Positions 20,116 to 29,777 of a stretch of DNA of 64,000 nt are shown here, in pieces. The stretch's first letter is position 1. Every line of letters starts with the position of its first letter. Location: NCBI GenBank assembly GCA_963742255.1, contig CAVUKW010000007.1:1680-65679 (forward strand), in the 5' to 3' direction. This stretch comes from Terriglobia bacterium (GTDB taxonomy: Bacteria; Acidobacteriota; Terriglobia; Bryobacterales; Bryobacteraceae). The notes under the pieces were generated by a model. That model was not told the DNA's origin and did not search any database. It worked only from the letters and a program-made list of their open reading frames with translations. The position numbers and the translations under genes were made by a program.

Positions 20116-20405
20116 AGCAGCTTCTTGGCGATCCCTTCCAGCAACTCCGCTAATTCGAAATCCTTGCTCGTGATGCCGCCCGCGTCGTGCGTGTTCAGAT
20201 CGACGGTCACGCGATTGTACACATTCGACCATTCCGGATGATGATCCATCTTTTCGATCGCCGGCGCCGCCGTGGCCATGAACCCGAAGGCATGCGCGAA
20301 ATCGGGGAATTTATATTCGCGATGCAGCTTGCCGTCCGCCACCCTCCAATCCGGAATGCGCGCCATCGCGCTCTGAATTTCGGCATCCGTCATTTTCTTC
20401 ATCAT
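20112..20405 (-). CDS. phhB: Pterin-4a-carbinolamine dehydratase
   Basis: Intact 97 aa: IPDWRVADGKLHREYKFPDFAHAFGFM...MDHHPEWSNVYNRVTVDLNTHD. Has 4-nt overlaps with both neighbours. Confidence 0.9.
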   Translation of the reverse strand: MMKKMTDAEIQSAMARIPDWRVADGKLHREYKFPDFAHAFGFMATAAPAIEKMDHHPEWSNVYNRVTVDLNTHDAGGITSKDFELAELLEGIAKKLL

Positions 20406-21077
20406 GCTCTCCCGTAAATCGGAATCACCGCGCCGTTGACGTCGCGCCGCCGTGATCCGAGGTCAGCCACACCAGTCAATTTCGCGATCGATTCCGGCGC
20501 TACCCACTTCGAAAAATCCGCTTGCGGCATCGCCTTGCGATTCGCCGGCGTGTCGATCGTGCTCGGCAGAACCACGTTCGCGGTGATGCCCGAATCCTTC
20601 ACCTCGGCCGCGACGTTTTTTATTAGCGCCACCAGCGCCGCTTTCGAAACCGCGTACGCCGCCAGATTCGGCGATGGCTCCACCGCCTGCTCGCGATCCG
20701 ATCGCCACGATCCGTCCGCGCTTCGCCACCAGCATCGGCTTCAGCGCCGCCCGCATGCACGTTGAACGCGACGCGCAGATTCACATTCATCATCAAATCC
20801 CAGGTCTGGTCGCTGGTTTCGGCGATCGGCGTTCCGCCGCTGAACCCGCCCACCAGGTGCACCAGCGCGTCGATCGGACCGTGCTTCTAACGCTTCGGCG
20901 ATCATCGGATCGCAGCCCTCGGCGGTGTTCAAATCGGCCGCGATGGTGGCGAACGGCTTGGCTTCCGGCCACGCGCGATCCACGCGCGATCACCTTCGCT
21001 CCGCTCTCGCCGAATACCCGGCAGATCGCGCCTCCCAGACCTCCTCCGGCTCCCGTGATCAGTACATTCATGCCCAC
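20402..21077 (-). CDS. Short-chain dehydrogenase/reductase (SDR), at least 3 frameshifts
   Basis: Pieces 20793..21077 (MNVLITGAGGGLGGAI), 20623..20862, 20463..20756 and 20402..20683 (AAYAVSKAALVAL = YxxxK). Confidence 0.75.
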
Positions 21078-21090
21078 GATTGTAGCGTCT

Positions 21091-22918
21091 TCATACTTCC
21101 AGACCCACCGCGCGCATCAGCTCCAGCGCGTTGCTGCGCGTCACCACGCCAGGCCGCAGGCGATAGTCGAAACGAATCTCTCCGCCCTCGAGGTGATCCT
21201 CGAAGTGGACGTTGACCGCGCGCCCGTCCATCGTCTCGGCGATCTGCGCCAGCGCCAGATCGTGCGTAGTCACCAGGCCGATCGCGCCGCGCTCCACCAA
21301 CCCGCGCACCAGCGCCTCCGCGCCGATCCGCCGGTCGTGCGAATTGGTCCCGCTCAACAATTCATCCAGCAGGAACAGCGTCGGCTGTCCCTTCGCGCGC
21401 CAGATTCACGATGTCCCGCAGCCGCTCGATCTCGGCGTAGAATCGCGAGCGATGATCGACCAGCGAATCGTTGGTGCGCATCGACGCGCCGATGTGCAGC
21501 TGCGACATCCGCATCCGCGCGCAGGTCACCGGAGCCCCGCCCAGGCGAGCACCGCGTTCAGGCCGATCGCGCGCATCAGCGTGCTCTTGCCGCTCATGTT
21601 CGATCCGCTGACGATCCACAACCGCACTTCGCCGCCGATCTTGCACATCGTTCGCGATCGCCGTTTCGGGCGGAATTAAAGGATGGCTCAATGCGTTCGC
21701 TTCGAATTGCGGTTCGTTGCTCCGCCGTCGGGCAGCAACTCCGGAAACATCGCGTCCGGCCGCTCTAACGCGAAACGTCGCCAGCGAGCACAGCGCCTCG
21801 AACTCGCCGATCGCCGCGGTCCACTCTGCCGATGCGCGGGACCGCACTCCTTCTCCAGCTCTCGATCGCCATGGCGAACTGCGAGATCCACAGCAGCGGC
21901 GCGCGCGATCGGTCGGAAAAACTGATTGTGCCGCGCCGAATCGAGCAGTCTCGATCAACCGCCCCAGCCGCTCGGATCTGCTCGCGACGCCGTTAGCCCT
22001 TCGGTCTGGAGCGCTTGCTTCAACTCGACCAGCCGCGGGCGACGCGAACGATTCCCGCTCCAGCCGCTCCAGCAGCAGCGTCAGCAACTCAATTCATGCG
22101 CCGGCGTCGCCACGCCATCCGCCACCCGCGACACCGACTCGCGCGATCGCGATGCTGAAGCTCAGTCTCCGCCAGCACCACGACCAGAAACGGCGCCAGC
22201 GCTCAGCACGTGCGCGAAGAACAGGACCGAACGTCGTACCAGCGCGCGCCAAAGCCAGCAGAATCGCGACGCACTCGCGCCCCTCTGAAGAACTCGCACC
22301 GGCGCCTGCTCGCCCCACCCTCGCCAGGACCTTTGCGTCCACCGCGGCGCGAATATCGTCGCCCATCAGCGCCAGCTCTTCGCGCAGATCGACCCGCGAC
22401 CGCAGCTCCGCGCACCGCTTGCTGCCGCGCCACTACGTTCCGCTCGTTCGCCCGGCGCCAGCAGCCATCGCGCCAGCGTACTCTCTCCCGCGGCGGTGCG
22501 CGCCGTCGAGATCAATTCGAACATCGAGCCGCGCCCGAACAGATCCAGATCGTCGGCGTACAGATGTTTGGGATCGCGAAATCGTTCGCCCTGATTGCCT
22601 CTTCCCGACCCAATCGATCGCCCAGCCGCGCGATGCGCCCGCTCGTAATACGCGACCCCGCGCTCGCAGCGCCGACTTCGCCCGGTCCACGCGATCGTGA
22701 ATCATCGCCAGCGCGATGAATATCACCAGCGGCGCCAGCAGCCACCACGCCGAGATCCATCCGCCGCCGATCGACATCGCCGCGATCGCCACCGCGGCAA
22801 CCGCCGTAGCCAGCCGGGCGTTTCCAAGCTGTCGGTAGCGCGATGCGGATCGCGCGTGCGTCGCGCGCCAGAAGTTCAATCGAGCCTGATAGATTTCCGA
22901 TGGGGTTTCAGAGAGCAA
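21091..22918 (-). CDS. MutS-related ATPase with N-terminal transmembrane segments (no mismatch-binding domain evident), several frameshifts
   Basis: C-terminal ORF 21091..21360 (LLSGTNSHDRRIGAEALV...TTHDLALA, MutS domain V). The Walker region is visible out of frame in 21362..22087. The N-terminal piece in 22433..23242 has two TM helices (LATAVAAVAIAAMSIGG, WWLLAPLVIFIALAMI). The start is approximate (TTG at 22918). Confidence 0.7.
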
Positions 22919-22954
22919 CCTCGATTCTAGCGCCTGACTCCTGTATTCTGGAGG

Positions 22955-24166
22955 TTGCTTCCGCGCCTCCGCCCCAATCTCGACTTCTTCCCGTCGCCGG
23001 TTGAGGATCGACCCGGCCTGGTGATCCGCGATCCATTTCAATACTCCGACGCGACGCTGATCATTCCGCCCGCGCTGGTGGAGTGCCTGGAGTTTTTCGA
23101 TGGCGAGCGCGGCGATCTCGATCTGCGCGCTCATCTGGTCCAGCTCACCGGCGACTTGCAGGTCGGCGATTTGCAGCAGCATCTGATCGATTCGCTGAGC
23201 AACGCCGGATTTCTCGAAGACGACAACTTCGCCGCGCCGCAAACAAGCCGCCGAGCGAGCCTTCGCGGAGGCGCCTGTTCGTGCGCCGGTCCACGCTGGC
23301 GGCGGCTATCCCGAAGAACCGTCCGCGCTTGCGGACACCCTTCGCGGATATCTCGACGGGGGACCGCCCTCTTCCGCCGGACGCGCGCTCGCCATCGCGG
23401 CCCCGCACGTCAGCCCGTTCGGCGGCATCGACGCTTATCGCGCCGCTTACTCCGCGCTCTCACCCGCTGACGCCGAGCGCACGTTCGTCGTCCTGGGAAC
23501 CTCGCATTACGGCGCTCCCGAATCGCTTCGGCCTCACGCGCAAGCCGTTCGTCACGCCATTCGGCGAGACTCTACGGATCTTTCCATCGTCGAATGCGCT
23601 CGCCGCCGCCGCTCCCAACGCGGTCGCTGATGGAGGATTACTGTCACGCCATCGAACATTCCATCGAATTTCAGGTGGTCTTCCTGCAGCACCTGTTCGG
23701 CCCTCGCATCCGAGTCGTGCCGATTCTGTGCGGATCCTACGCGCACAGCATTTATCGCGGCGGCATGCCGGAAGAGGATGAGAATGTCCGCCGCGCTCTC
23801 GGCACGCTCGGCGAAATCGCGGCGCGCGAAGGCGACCGGCTGCTGTGGGTCCTCGGCGTCGACATGGCCCACATCGGCCGCCGCTATGGCGACGATCTGA
23901 TCGCCACCGCCGGCCAGGGCGAGATGGAAATCGTCGCGCGGCGCGACCGCGAGCGTATTCAGAAAATGGAAGCCGGTGACGCGCGCGGCTTCTGGGACCT
24001 GGTCCAGCAGAATCACGACGACCTCAACTGGTGCGGATCCGCGCCGATCTATACCTTCCTCAAGGCGATTCCCTCCGCGCGCGGCCGCCTGCTCCATTAC
24101 GATCAATGGAATATCGACCAGCAGAGCGTCGTCAGCTTCGCCGGAATCGAATTTCATTCACACTAG
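22955..24166 (+). CDS. MEMO1/AmmeMemoRadiSam-system-protein-B family protein with N-terminal extension, at least 2 frameshifts
   Basis: Pieces 22955..23470, 23083..23781 (out-of-frame middle: AIAAPHVSP..VVLGTSHYG) and 23594..24166 (AIEHSIEFQVVFLQHLF, LGVDMAHIG, NWCGSAPIY). Confidence 0.75.
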
Positions 24167-24203
24167 CGCCCCGCCCGCCGATGAGCGGTCCAGGCAGCAG
24201 ATT

Positions 24204-25208
24204 GTGATCTCGATCCGCAAATCGACCGATGAACTGGACCGCTTGGAGCGCTTGAGCCATCTCTTGACGGATTGCTACGGCCTCGCCATTCAGGCGTCCG
24301 CCGACTACGCCGTCGAAGTGGATCCCGCGCAGGCAGCGCTTTTTCGCGGAAAAATGAAAACGCTGGGCGAGCGCTGGCAGGCTGCCCGCCTGGACGAGGA
24401 ATTGCGCAGCGTCGGCTCCGGTTTTCGCGGTGAGCTTCGGGATTATCAACGCGCCGCCGGCGAATCGCTCAATGTGCTGCGCCGGGAAGTGCAGGCCGCG
24501 GCCGCCGCCATCGCCGCATTCGCCGGAGGGGTCGCCTCCCATGGCGCCGATCATGAGGAACAGCTCAATCGCGAATTGGAACGCCTCGCCGATGCGGCGG
24601 GCGCCGGCGATCTCGCTTCCATTCGACTTGCGATTCAGGCCGCTACGGCGCAGATTCGCGCCGCGATCGAGCAGATGCGTTCCGCCAATCGCATGGCGAT
24701 CGCGCAATTGCAGGATGAAATCCGTCTGCTCCATCACGAAATCGACGTTGACCGTCATCGCGCCGCCAATCCCGCGACGCGCCTCCACACTCGAGCGGAG
24801 ATGAACCAGCAGATTGAGCAGGCCCTTTCAAAGCCGGGGCCGTTCTGTCTGCTTCTGATCGCTTTCACCAACTGGAGGCGCGTCATGCGCCGCTTTTCCT
24901 GCGACTCTGTGCAGCAGGTGACTTCCGAAATGATCCGCCGCATTCACGCCGCCATCGATCCCGACCTGATCGTCGGCGCCTGGGGCGAAGGCGAATTCCT
25001 CGCCATCCTGCAAGTCGATGCAGCCACCGCCATCTCGATTTCCCGCGAAGTGGCCGCCACGCTCTCCACCGCTTATTCGTTCGAAGAGGACGGCCAGCTT
25101 TGCGCCGCGGACTTCAAAGTGAAAGCCGGGGCGATCGATCGCGGCTCCAACGAATTCGATTTTCAGGACAAGCTCGCCGGGCTCGCCTTGGCGCTCAGCC
25201 GGGTGTAA
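24204..25208 (+). CDS. Coiled-coil protein with a degenerate GGDEF-like C-terminal domain
   Basis: Inside ORF 23976..25208, with a possible GTG start at 24204. Long heptad-like region, then LLLIAF...IVGAWGEGEFLAIL, where GEGEF sits in place of GGDEF. Confidence 0.5.
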   Translation: MISIRKSTDELDRLERLSHLLTDCYGLAIQASADYAVEVDPAQAALFRGKMKTLGERWQAARLDEELRSVGSGFRGELRDYQRAAGESLNVLRREVQAAAAAIAAFAGGVASHGADHEEQLNRELERLADAAGAGDLASIRLAIQAATAQIRAAIEQMRSANRMAIAQLQDEIRLLHHEIDVDRHRAANPATRLHTRAEMNQQIEQALSKPGPFCLLLIAFTNWRRVMRRFSCDSVQQVTSEMIRRIHAAIDPDLIVGAWGEGEFLAILQVDAATAISISREVAATLSTAYSFEEDGQLCAADFKVKAGAIDRGSNEFDFQDKLAGLALALSRV

Positions 25209-25214
25209 GAGCGG

Positions 25215-25988
25215 TCAGCGCTTCTTTCGCGCGAACTTCAGCCCGCTCCAATCCCCGTCGATCGCGCACACTTTGTAATCCACCAGGCCGGCCGCCAGCC
25301 CCGCGGTGCGAACGTCGTTCGAATTGAAGTCGACTCGCAAACGGCTCGCCTGCTTCGGAAACGCGATCCACACCGATGCGCCTTCCGGCAGCCGCGCGCT
25401 CACGAACGCGACCTCGCCTTCCAGTTCCTGTCTCGACCGGACAAACCAGATCACCAGGCTGGTCTGCCGCGTGATGTTCGCTTGAAACTCCAGTCCTTCC
25501 GGAGGATCGCCGGTCTGCTCCTCGAATCCTTCCGGCGCGCCCAGCAACGCCACTTTCGACGCCGCCTTGAGCCCCAGCTTCCTGGCCAGGCTCGATTCTT
25601 TCCATTGACCCATGTAGGGCCTCGGCATCGCGGGCGGCGGAGCTTTTTTCATCGCTCGCTTTAGAGCGGCAGCAGCACTTTTCCAGGCGACGAACATCTC
25701 GTTCGGCAAGTGCGCTCGAATGCCTTCCACTTTTTCCGGCTCCCCGCCGGCGAACACGATCGGAAAGTGACACGTCGATTTGGTGCTGCGCAACACTGTC
25801 GCCACCACGCGGCCGTGCGACGGCACTCGATCCAGGTCGATCAGAATTGCGGCGGGCGCAATCGCGTTGGTTTGCCCGATGGTGCGCCCAGAATCGTGCT
25901 CTGACGCATCCACCGAAAATCCCGAGGCCTCCAGCAGCCGCGCGCGCTCCGCCCGATCCTTGCTCCACGATATGAGCCTGACCAGCAT
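25215..25988 (-). CDS. Receiver-like (atypical REC) domain fused to DUF3052
   Basis: Intact 257 aa. The N-terminal flavodoxin-like segment has ILIDLD but lacks the N-terminal acidic pair. The C-terminal part (LARKLGLKAASKVALLGAP...VWIAFPKQ...GLVDYKVCAIDGDWSGLKF) matches DUF3052 as remembered. Confidence 0.7.
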   Translation of the reverse strand: MLVRLISWSKDRAERARLLEASGFSVDASEHDSGRTIGQTNAIAPAAILIDLDRVPSHGRVVATVLRSTKSTCHFPIVFAGGEPEKVEGIRAHLPNEMFVAWKSAAAALKRAMKKAPPPAMPRPYMGQWKESSLARKLGLKAASKVALLGAPEGFEEQTGDPPEGLEFQANITRQTSLVIWFVRSRQELEGEVAFVSARLPEGASVWIAFPKQASRLRVDFNSNDVRTAGLAAGLVDYKVCAIDGDWSGLKFARKKR

Positions 25989-26025
25989 GCTTTTCCGCTA
26001 GTATCGCGTACACTGAAAGCGAATT

Positions 26026-26493
26026 ATGCGGGAATCCTTCATGGCGCGGGCGATTGAGCTCGCCATCGCGAATGTGCGCTCCGGCCTTGGTGGACCTTTC
26101 GCCGCCGTCATCGTCAAAGACGGCCGCGTCGTCGCCGAAGGCGTCAATCGCGTCACCTCCGCCCTAGATCCGACCGCCCACGCCGAAGTCCTCGCGATTC
26201 GCGCCGCCTGCCAGGCCCTCGCGTCCTTCCAGCTTCACGGCTGCGAAATCTATACCACTTGCGAGCCGTGCCCCATGTGCCTCGGCGCGATCTACTGGGC
26301 GCGACTCGATCGCGTTTATTTCGGAGGCACCGCAGCCGATGCAGCGGCAGCCGGCTTCGACGACGCGTTTCTCTATCAACAGATCGCCGTCGACCCGCAG
26401 CAGCGAAAACTTCCCTTCGTCCCCCTGATGCGGGACCAGGCGCTGGCCTGCTTTCGCGCGTGGCGCGATCAGCCGGATCGCATAAACTACTAA
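26026..26493 (+). CDS. CDA-fold nucleoside/nucleobase deaminase (guanine deaminase GuaD-like / TadA-like)
   Basis: Intact 155 aa. HAEVLAIRAA and TCEPCPMCLGAIYWARL zinc motifs. The C-terminal extension is typical of small guanine deaminases. Confidence 0.8.
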   Translation: MRESFMARAIELAIANVRSGLGGPFAAVIVKDGRVVAEGVNRVTSALDPTAHAEVLAIRAACQALASFQLHGCEIYTTCEPCPMCLGAIYWARLDRVYFGGTAADAAAAGFDDAFLYQQIAVDPQQRKLPFVPLMRDQALACFRAWRDQPDRINY

Positions 26494-26495
26494 GG

Positions 26496-27767
26496 ATGAA
26501 TCCTTCCGATGCGCTCGAAGCCGCGAATCAGGATTTCGCGCGGGCGCATCCCGGCGAATCGGGCGACCGCCAGCCGGTGCACGTCGTCTATGGCGGCGCG
26601 CATCTCTTCAAGCACGATGTCGCCCGCCGTCTGGGCCAGTTGGCGATGCGCGCCGTCGAAGAATATGCCCCGGATGCCGCGACACTGGCCCTCGCCGTGG
26701 GTATTCCCAATTCGCTGGCCGATACCGTCTACGATCGCGTGATCGAGAAATTGCGCCGCGAACCGGTGGAGGATTTTCGCATCGATTTTGAAGACGGCTA
26801 CGGCATCCGCCCCGATGCCGAGGAAGACACCGCCGCGATTCACGCCGCCGCCGAAGTCGCGCGCGCCATGCAGGTTTCCGCGCTGCCCCCCTTTTTCGGC
26901 ATCCGCATCAAGCCGCTCGATGAAGAACTCAAAGCCCGCGCCATCCGCACGCTGCGCCTTTTTCTGGAGACTCTTCTCGATCGCTCCGGCGGACTCTTGC
27001 CCGCAAACTTCGTAGTCACCTTGCCCAAGGTCACGGTGGTGGAGCAGGTGGCGGCGCTGCTCGCCGAGCTCGACCGCTTCGCCGCCATCCGCATGGAGCT
27101 GATGATCGAAACTCCGCAGTCGCTTCTCGTTTTGCCGCAATTGGTGGAAGCCTCGGGCGGCCGCATCGCCGCCGCTCATTTCGGCGCTTACGATTACACC
27201 GCGAGCCTCGGCATCACCGCGTCCAACCAGCACATGCTCCACCCGGCGTGCGATTTCGCGCGCTCCATGATGCAGCTTCATCTCGCCGGAACGGGCATCC
27301 GTATCTCCGACGGCGCCACCAACGTCCTGCCGATCCCGCCTCATCGCGGCTCGCTGTTTCCCGGCGAGCAGGTCGCGCAAAATCGAATGGCCGTTCACGA
27401 CGCCTGGCAGATTCATTACCGGCACATCCGCCATTCGCTCGATCAAGGTTTTTATCAAGGGTGGGATCTGCATCCCGCGCAGCTTCCGATCCGTTTCGCG
27501 GCGGTCTATTCGTTTTTCGTGGAAGGACTGCCGGCTGCTTCCGAACGCCTGCGGAATTTCGTCGCCCGCGCCGCGCAGGCCACCCAGATCGGCGGCGTGT
27601 TCGACGACGCGGCCACCGGTCAGGGCCTGCTGAATTATTTTCTCCGCGCCGTGAACTGCGGCGCGATTCCCGAAGCCGACGCGCCCGCTCTCACCGGCCT
27701 GACGCTTGAGGAGCTGCGCTCGGCTTCGTTCGTGAAAATCCTGAAGGGTCGCCAGAAGGCGGCATAA
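26496..27767 (+). CDS. HpcH/CitE-like aldolase/lyase superfamily protein (long form)
   Basis: ATG at 26496 in ORF 26259..27767; intact. FRIDFEDGYG, ELMIETPQ and AAHFGAYDYTASLGI resemble CitE/malyl-CoA-lyase TIM-barrel motifs. Confidence 0.55.
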   Translation: MNPSDALEAANQDFARAHPGESGDRQPVHVVYGGAHLFKHDVARRLGQLAMRAVEEYAPDAATLALAVGIPNSLADTVYDRVIEKLRREPVEDFRIDFEDGYGIRPDAEEDTAAIHAAAEVARAMQVSALPPFFGIRIKPLDEELKARAIRTLRLFLETLLDRSGGLLPANFVVTLPKVTVVEQVAALLAELDRFAAIRMELMIETPQSLLVLPQLVEASGGRIAAAHFGAYDYTASLGITASNQHMLHPACDFARSMMQLHLAGTGIRISDGATNVLPIPPHRGSLFPGEQVAQNRMAVHDAWQIHYRHIRHSLDQGFYQGWDLHPAQLPIRFAAVYSFFVEGLPAASERLRNFVARAAQATQIGGVFDDAATGQGLLNYFLRAVNCGAIPEADAPALTGLTLEELRSASFVKILKGRQKAA

Positions 27768-27781
27768 GTGAGAAAGGTCGC

Positions 27782-28969
27782 ATGAAACAGATCCTGTTGT
27801 TCCTCGCCGTCGCGGCGCTGCTGGACGCCCAGGCCTATCGTTTCGGACACGTCTGGGACGGCGAAAAAGTCCTCCCTAACGCCGTCATCGTCGTCGAGAA
27901 CGACCACATCAAGAGCGTTGGCCCGGCCTCCGGCGAGTCGATCGACATGACGAAATACACAGCCATCCCCGGCCTGATCGACGTCCACACTCACATGACC
28001 TACGTGCTCGACATGAGCAAGATCGCTCAGGCCGGGCGCGGCGCGGCCACCGTCTATCTCTCGCAGGACAACGCGAAGAAGACGCTCGAGACCGGCGTGA
28101 CCACGGTCCGCAATCTGGGCGCGAGCGACTACGCGGACATCGCCATGCGCGATCTGATCAACGCCGGCCTGATGACCGGACCTCGCATGTTCGTCTCCGG
28201 CTACGGCCTGCAAATCACGCGCGGTGGACGCGGCGGGCCGCAAACCGCCGATGGTCCGGCGGAGGTGATGAAGGTCGTCCGCCAGCAGATCGGCGCCGGC
28301 GCGGACGTGATCAAGATGTACGGGTCCACCGGCTCGGGTCAGGATGTCACCGGCGACCAGACCTTCACTTACGAAGAAATGAAGGCCGCCGTCGACACCG
28401 CGCACGCGCTCGGGAAGAAGGTCGCGATTCATACCTACGGCCCCCGCGGCGCCCGCGACGCCGTCCGTGCCGGCGTCGATTCCATCGAGCACGCCACCGA
28501 CATGGACGACGACACCATCGCCGAAATGGCGAGCAAGAAAATCTTCTACGTCCCCACCATCGACCACAATCGCTATTACGTCGACAACGCGGCCAAGCTC
28601 CACTACCCCGCTTCCGCGATCGGTCCCTTGAACGATTTCATCCAGCGCAATCTGGAGACCGCGCGGAAAGCCTTCCGCGCCGGCGTGCGCTTCGCCATGG
28701 GTTCGGACGTGGTCTACACCATGTTCGGCGAAAATACGCGCGAGCTCGGCTGGTTCGTCAAGGCCGGTATGACGCCGGAACAAGCCTTGAAGACCGCGAC
28801 CGTCAACGCGGCCGATTTATTGGGACAGGACAAGCTCGGTCATTTGCGGCCCGGCTATTTCGCCGACATCGTCGCCGTCGAAGGCAATCCGCTGGACGAT
28901 ATCGACGTGGTCATTCAGAAGGTTCGCTGGGTGATGAAGGCGGGCGCGGTCGTGGTGGACCGGCGATAG
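27782..28969 (+). CDS. Secreted metal-dependent amidohydrolase (imidazolonepropionase/prolidase-related family)
   Basis: Intact 395 aa. Signal peptide MKQILLFLAVAALLDAQA; GLIDVHTHM (HxH); HTYG; ADIVAVEGNPLDDI. Confidence 0.8.
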   Translation: MKQILLFLAVAALLDAQAYRFGHVWDGEKVLPNAVIVVENDHIKSVGPASGESIDMTKYTAIPGLIDVHTHMTYVLDMSKIAQAGRGAATVYLSQDNAKKTLETGVTTVRNLGASDYADIAMRDLINAGLMTGPRMFVSGYGLQITRGGRGGPQTADGPAEVMKVVRQQIGAGADVIKMYGSTGSGQDVTGDQTFTYEEMKAAVDTAHALGKKVAIHTYGPRGARDAVRAGVDSIEHATDMDDDTIAEMASKKIFYVPTIDHNRYYVDNAAKLHYPASAIGPLNDFIQRNLETARKAFRAGVRFAMGSDVVYTMFGENTRELGWFVKAGMTPEQALKTATVNAADLLGQDKLGHLRPGYFADIVAVEGNPLDDIDVVIQKVRWVMKAGAVVVDRR

Positions 28970-29304
28970 CGCTCAGCAGCGCTTCGACGTGCGCCGGTTT
29001 CGTCAGAATCTCGTCGGCGAGCGAGGCTTCCGGGCGATGATCCAGGTCGCCGCGATTCCCGCACATCACCACGATGCGCGGAGCCGGCACCGCCGCCCGG
29101 AATTCGCGAATCAGCGCGAGGCCATCTTCGGCGCGAGGCAATCGCACGTCGAGCACCACCACATCGAAGCGGGTCGACTGAAGCGCCGTCCGGGCCTCGG
29201 CCGGACCAGTGGCGGTCGAGACTTCATAGACCGCGCCGCTCCAGAATCAGTTTGCGGATTTCCAGGCCGGCGGCGTCGTCATCCACCACCAGCACTCGGG
29301 CCAT
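28911..29304 (-). CDS. Stand-alone response-regulator receiver domain, 1 frameshift
   Basis: ATG at 29304 reads MARVLVVDDDAAGLEIRKLILERRG; continues in ORF 28911..29162 (VVLDVRLPRAEDGLALIREF...LTKP). The 3' end is uncertain; it overlaps the convergent amidohydrolase. Confidence 0.65.
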
Positions 29305-29726
29305 TGTAAAACTTGATGCCGGCGATCACCAGTTGCGGCATCGCGTGATTCCAGCTCTCCGGAAGGTCGTCGAACGGCAGGCGGAAGGATTTGGTCTCGC
29401 CCGGTTTCAAGCCGCCCATCCTCTGGCTGACGATGGGAACGCGCTGCGCGCAGCACCAACTGGCCGTAGGTATCGTAAAAGACGCAGTAGATGTCGACCA
29501 CCTGGACGTTCCGGTCGCCGGCGTTGGCGATCTTGCCGTCGATCTCCACCACGACCTGTTTGAAGTAGCTCTCGGTCGCCTTCATGTCCACGTCGTTCAG
29601 CTTCAGATTGTGCACGTACGCTTTGGCTTCAGGCGTCAGCGGCAATTCCGGCGCGGGCCGATTCGAAACGAATTGCAGGTAGCAAAAAAACGCCCCACCC
29701 AGCGCCAGCAGCACGCGCCGACACAT
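29279..29726 (-). CDS. Small N-terminally anchored exported protein, 1 frameshift (weak resemblance to FxLYD-type beta-sandwich proteins, uncertain)
   Basis: ORF 29247..29726 reads MCRRVLLALGGAFFCYLQF...VVVEIDGKIANAGDRNVQVVDIYCVFYDTYGQLV. Shifting frame gives RVPIVSQRMGGLKPGETKSFRLPFDDLPESW. It ends about 25 nt inside the REC gene. Confidence 0.45.
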
Positions 29727-29777
29727 AGAGCGATGGTCCGGAAAACAGCGGACGCGCGGTGCTGGCGAAGCGAGGAT

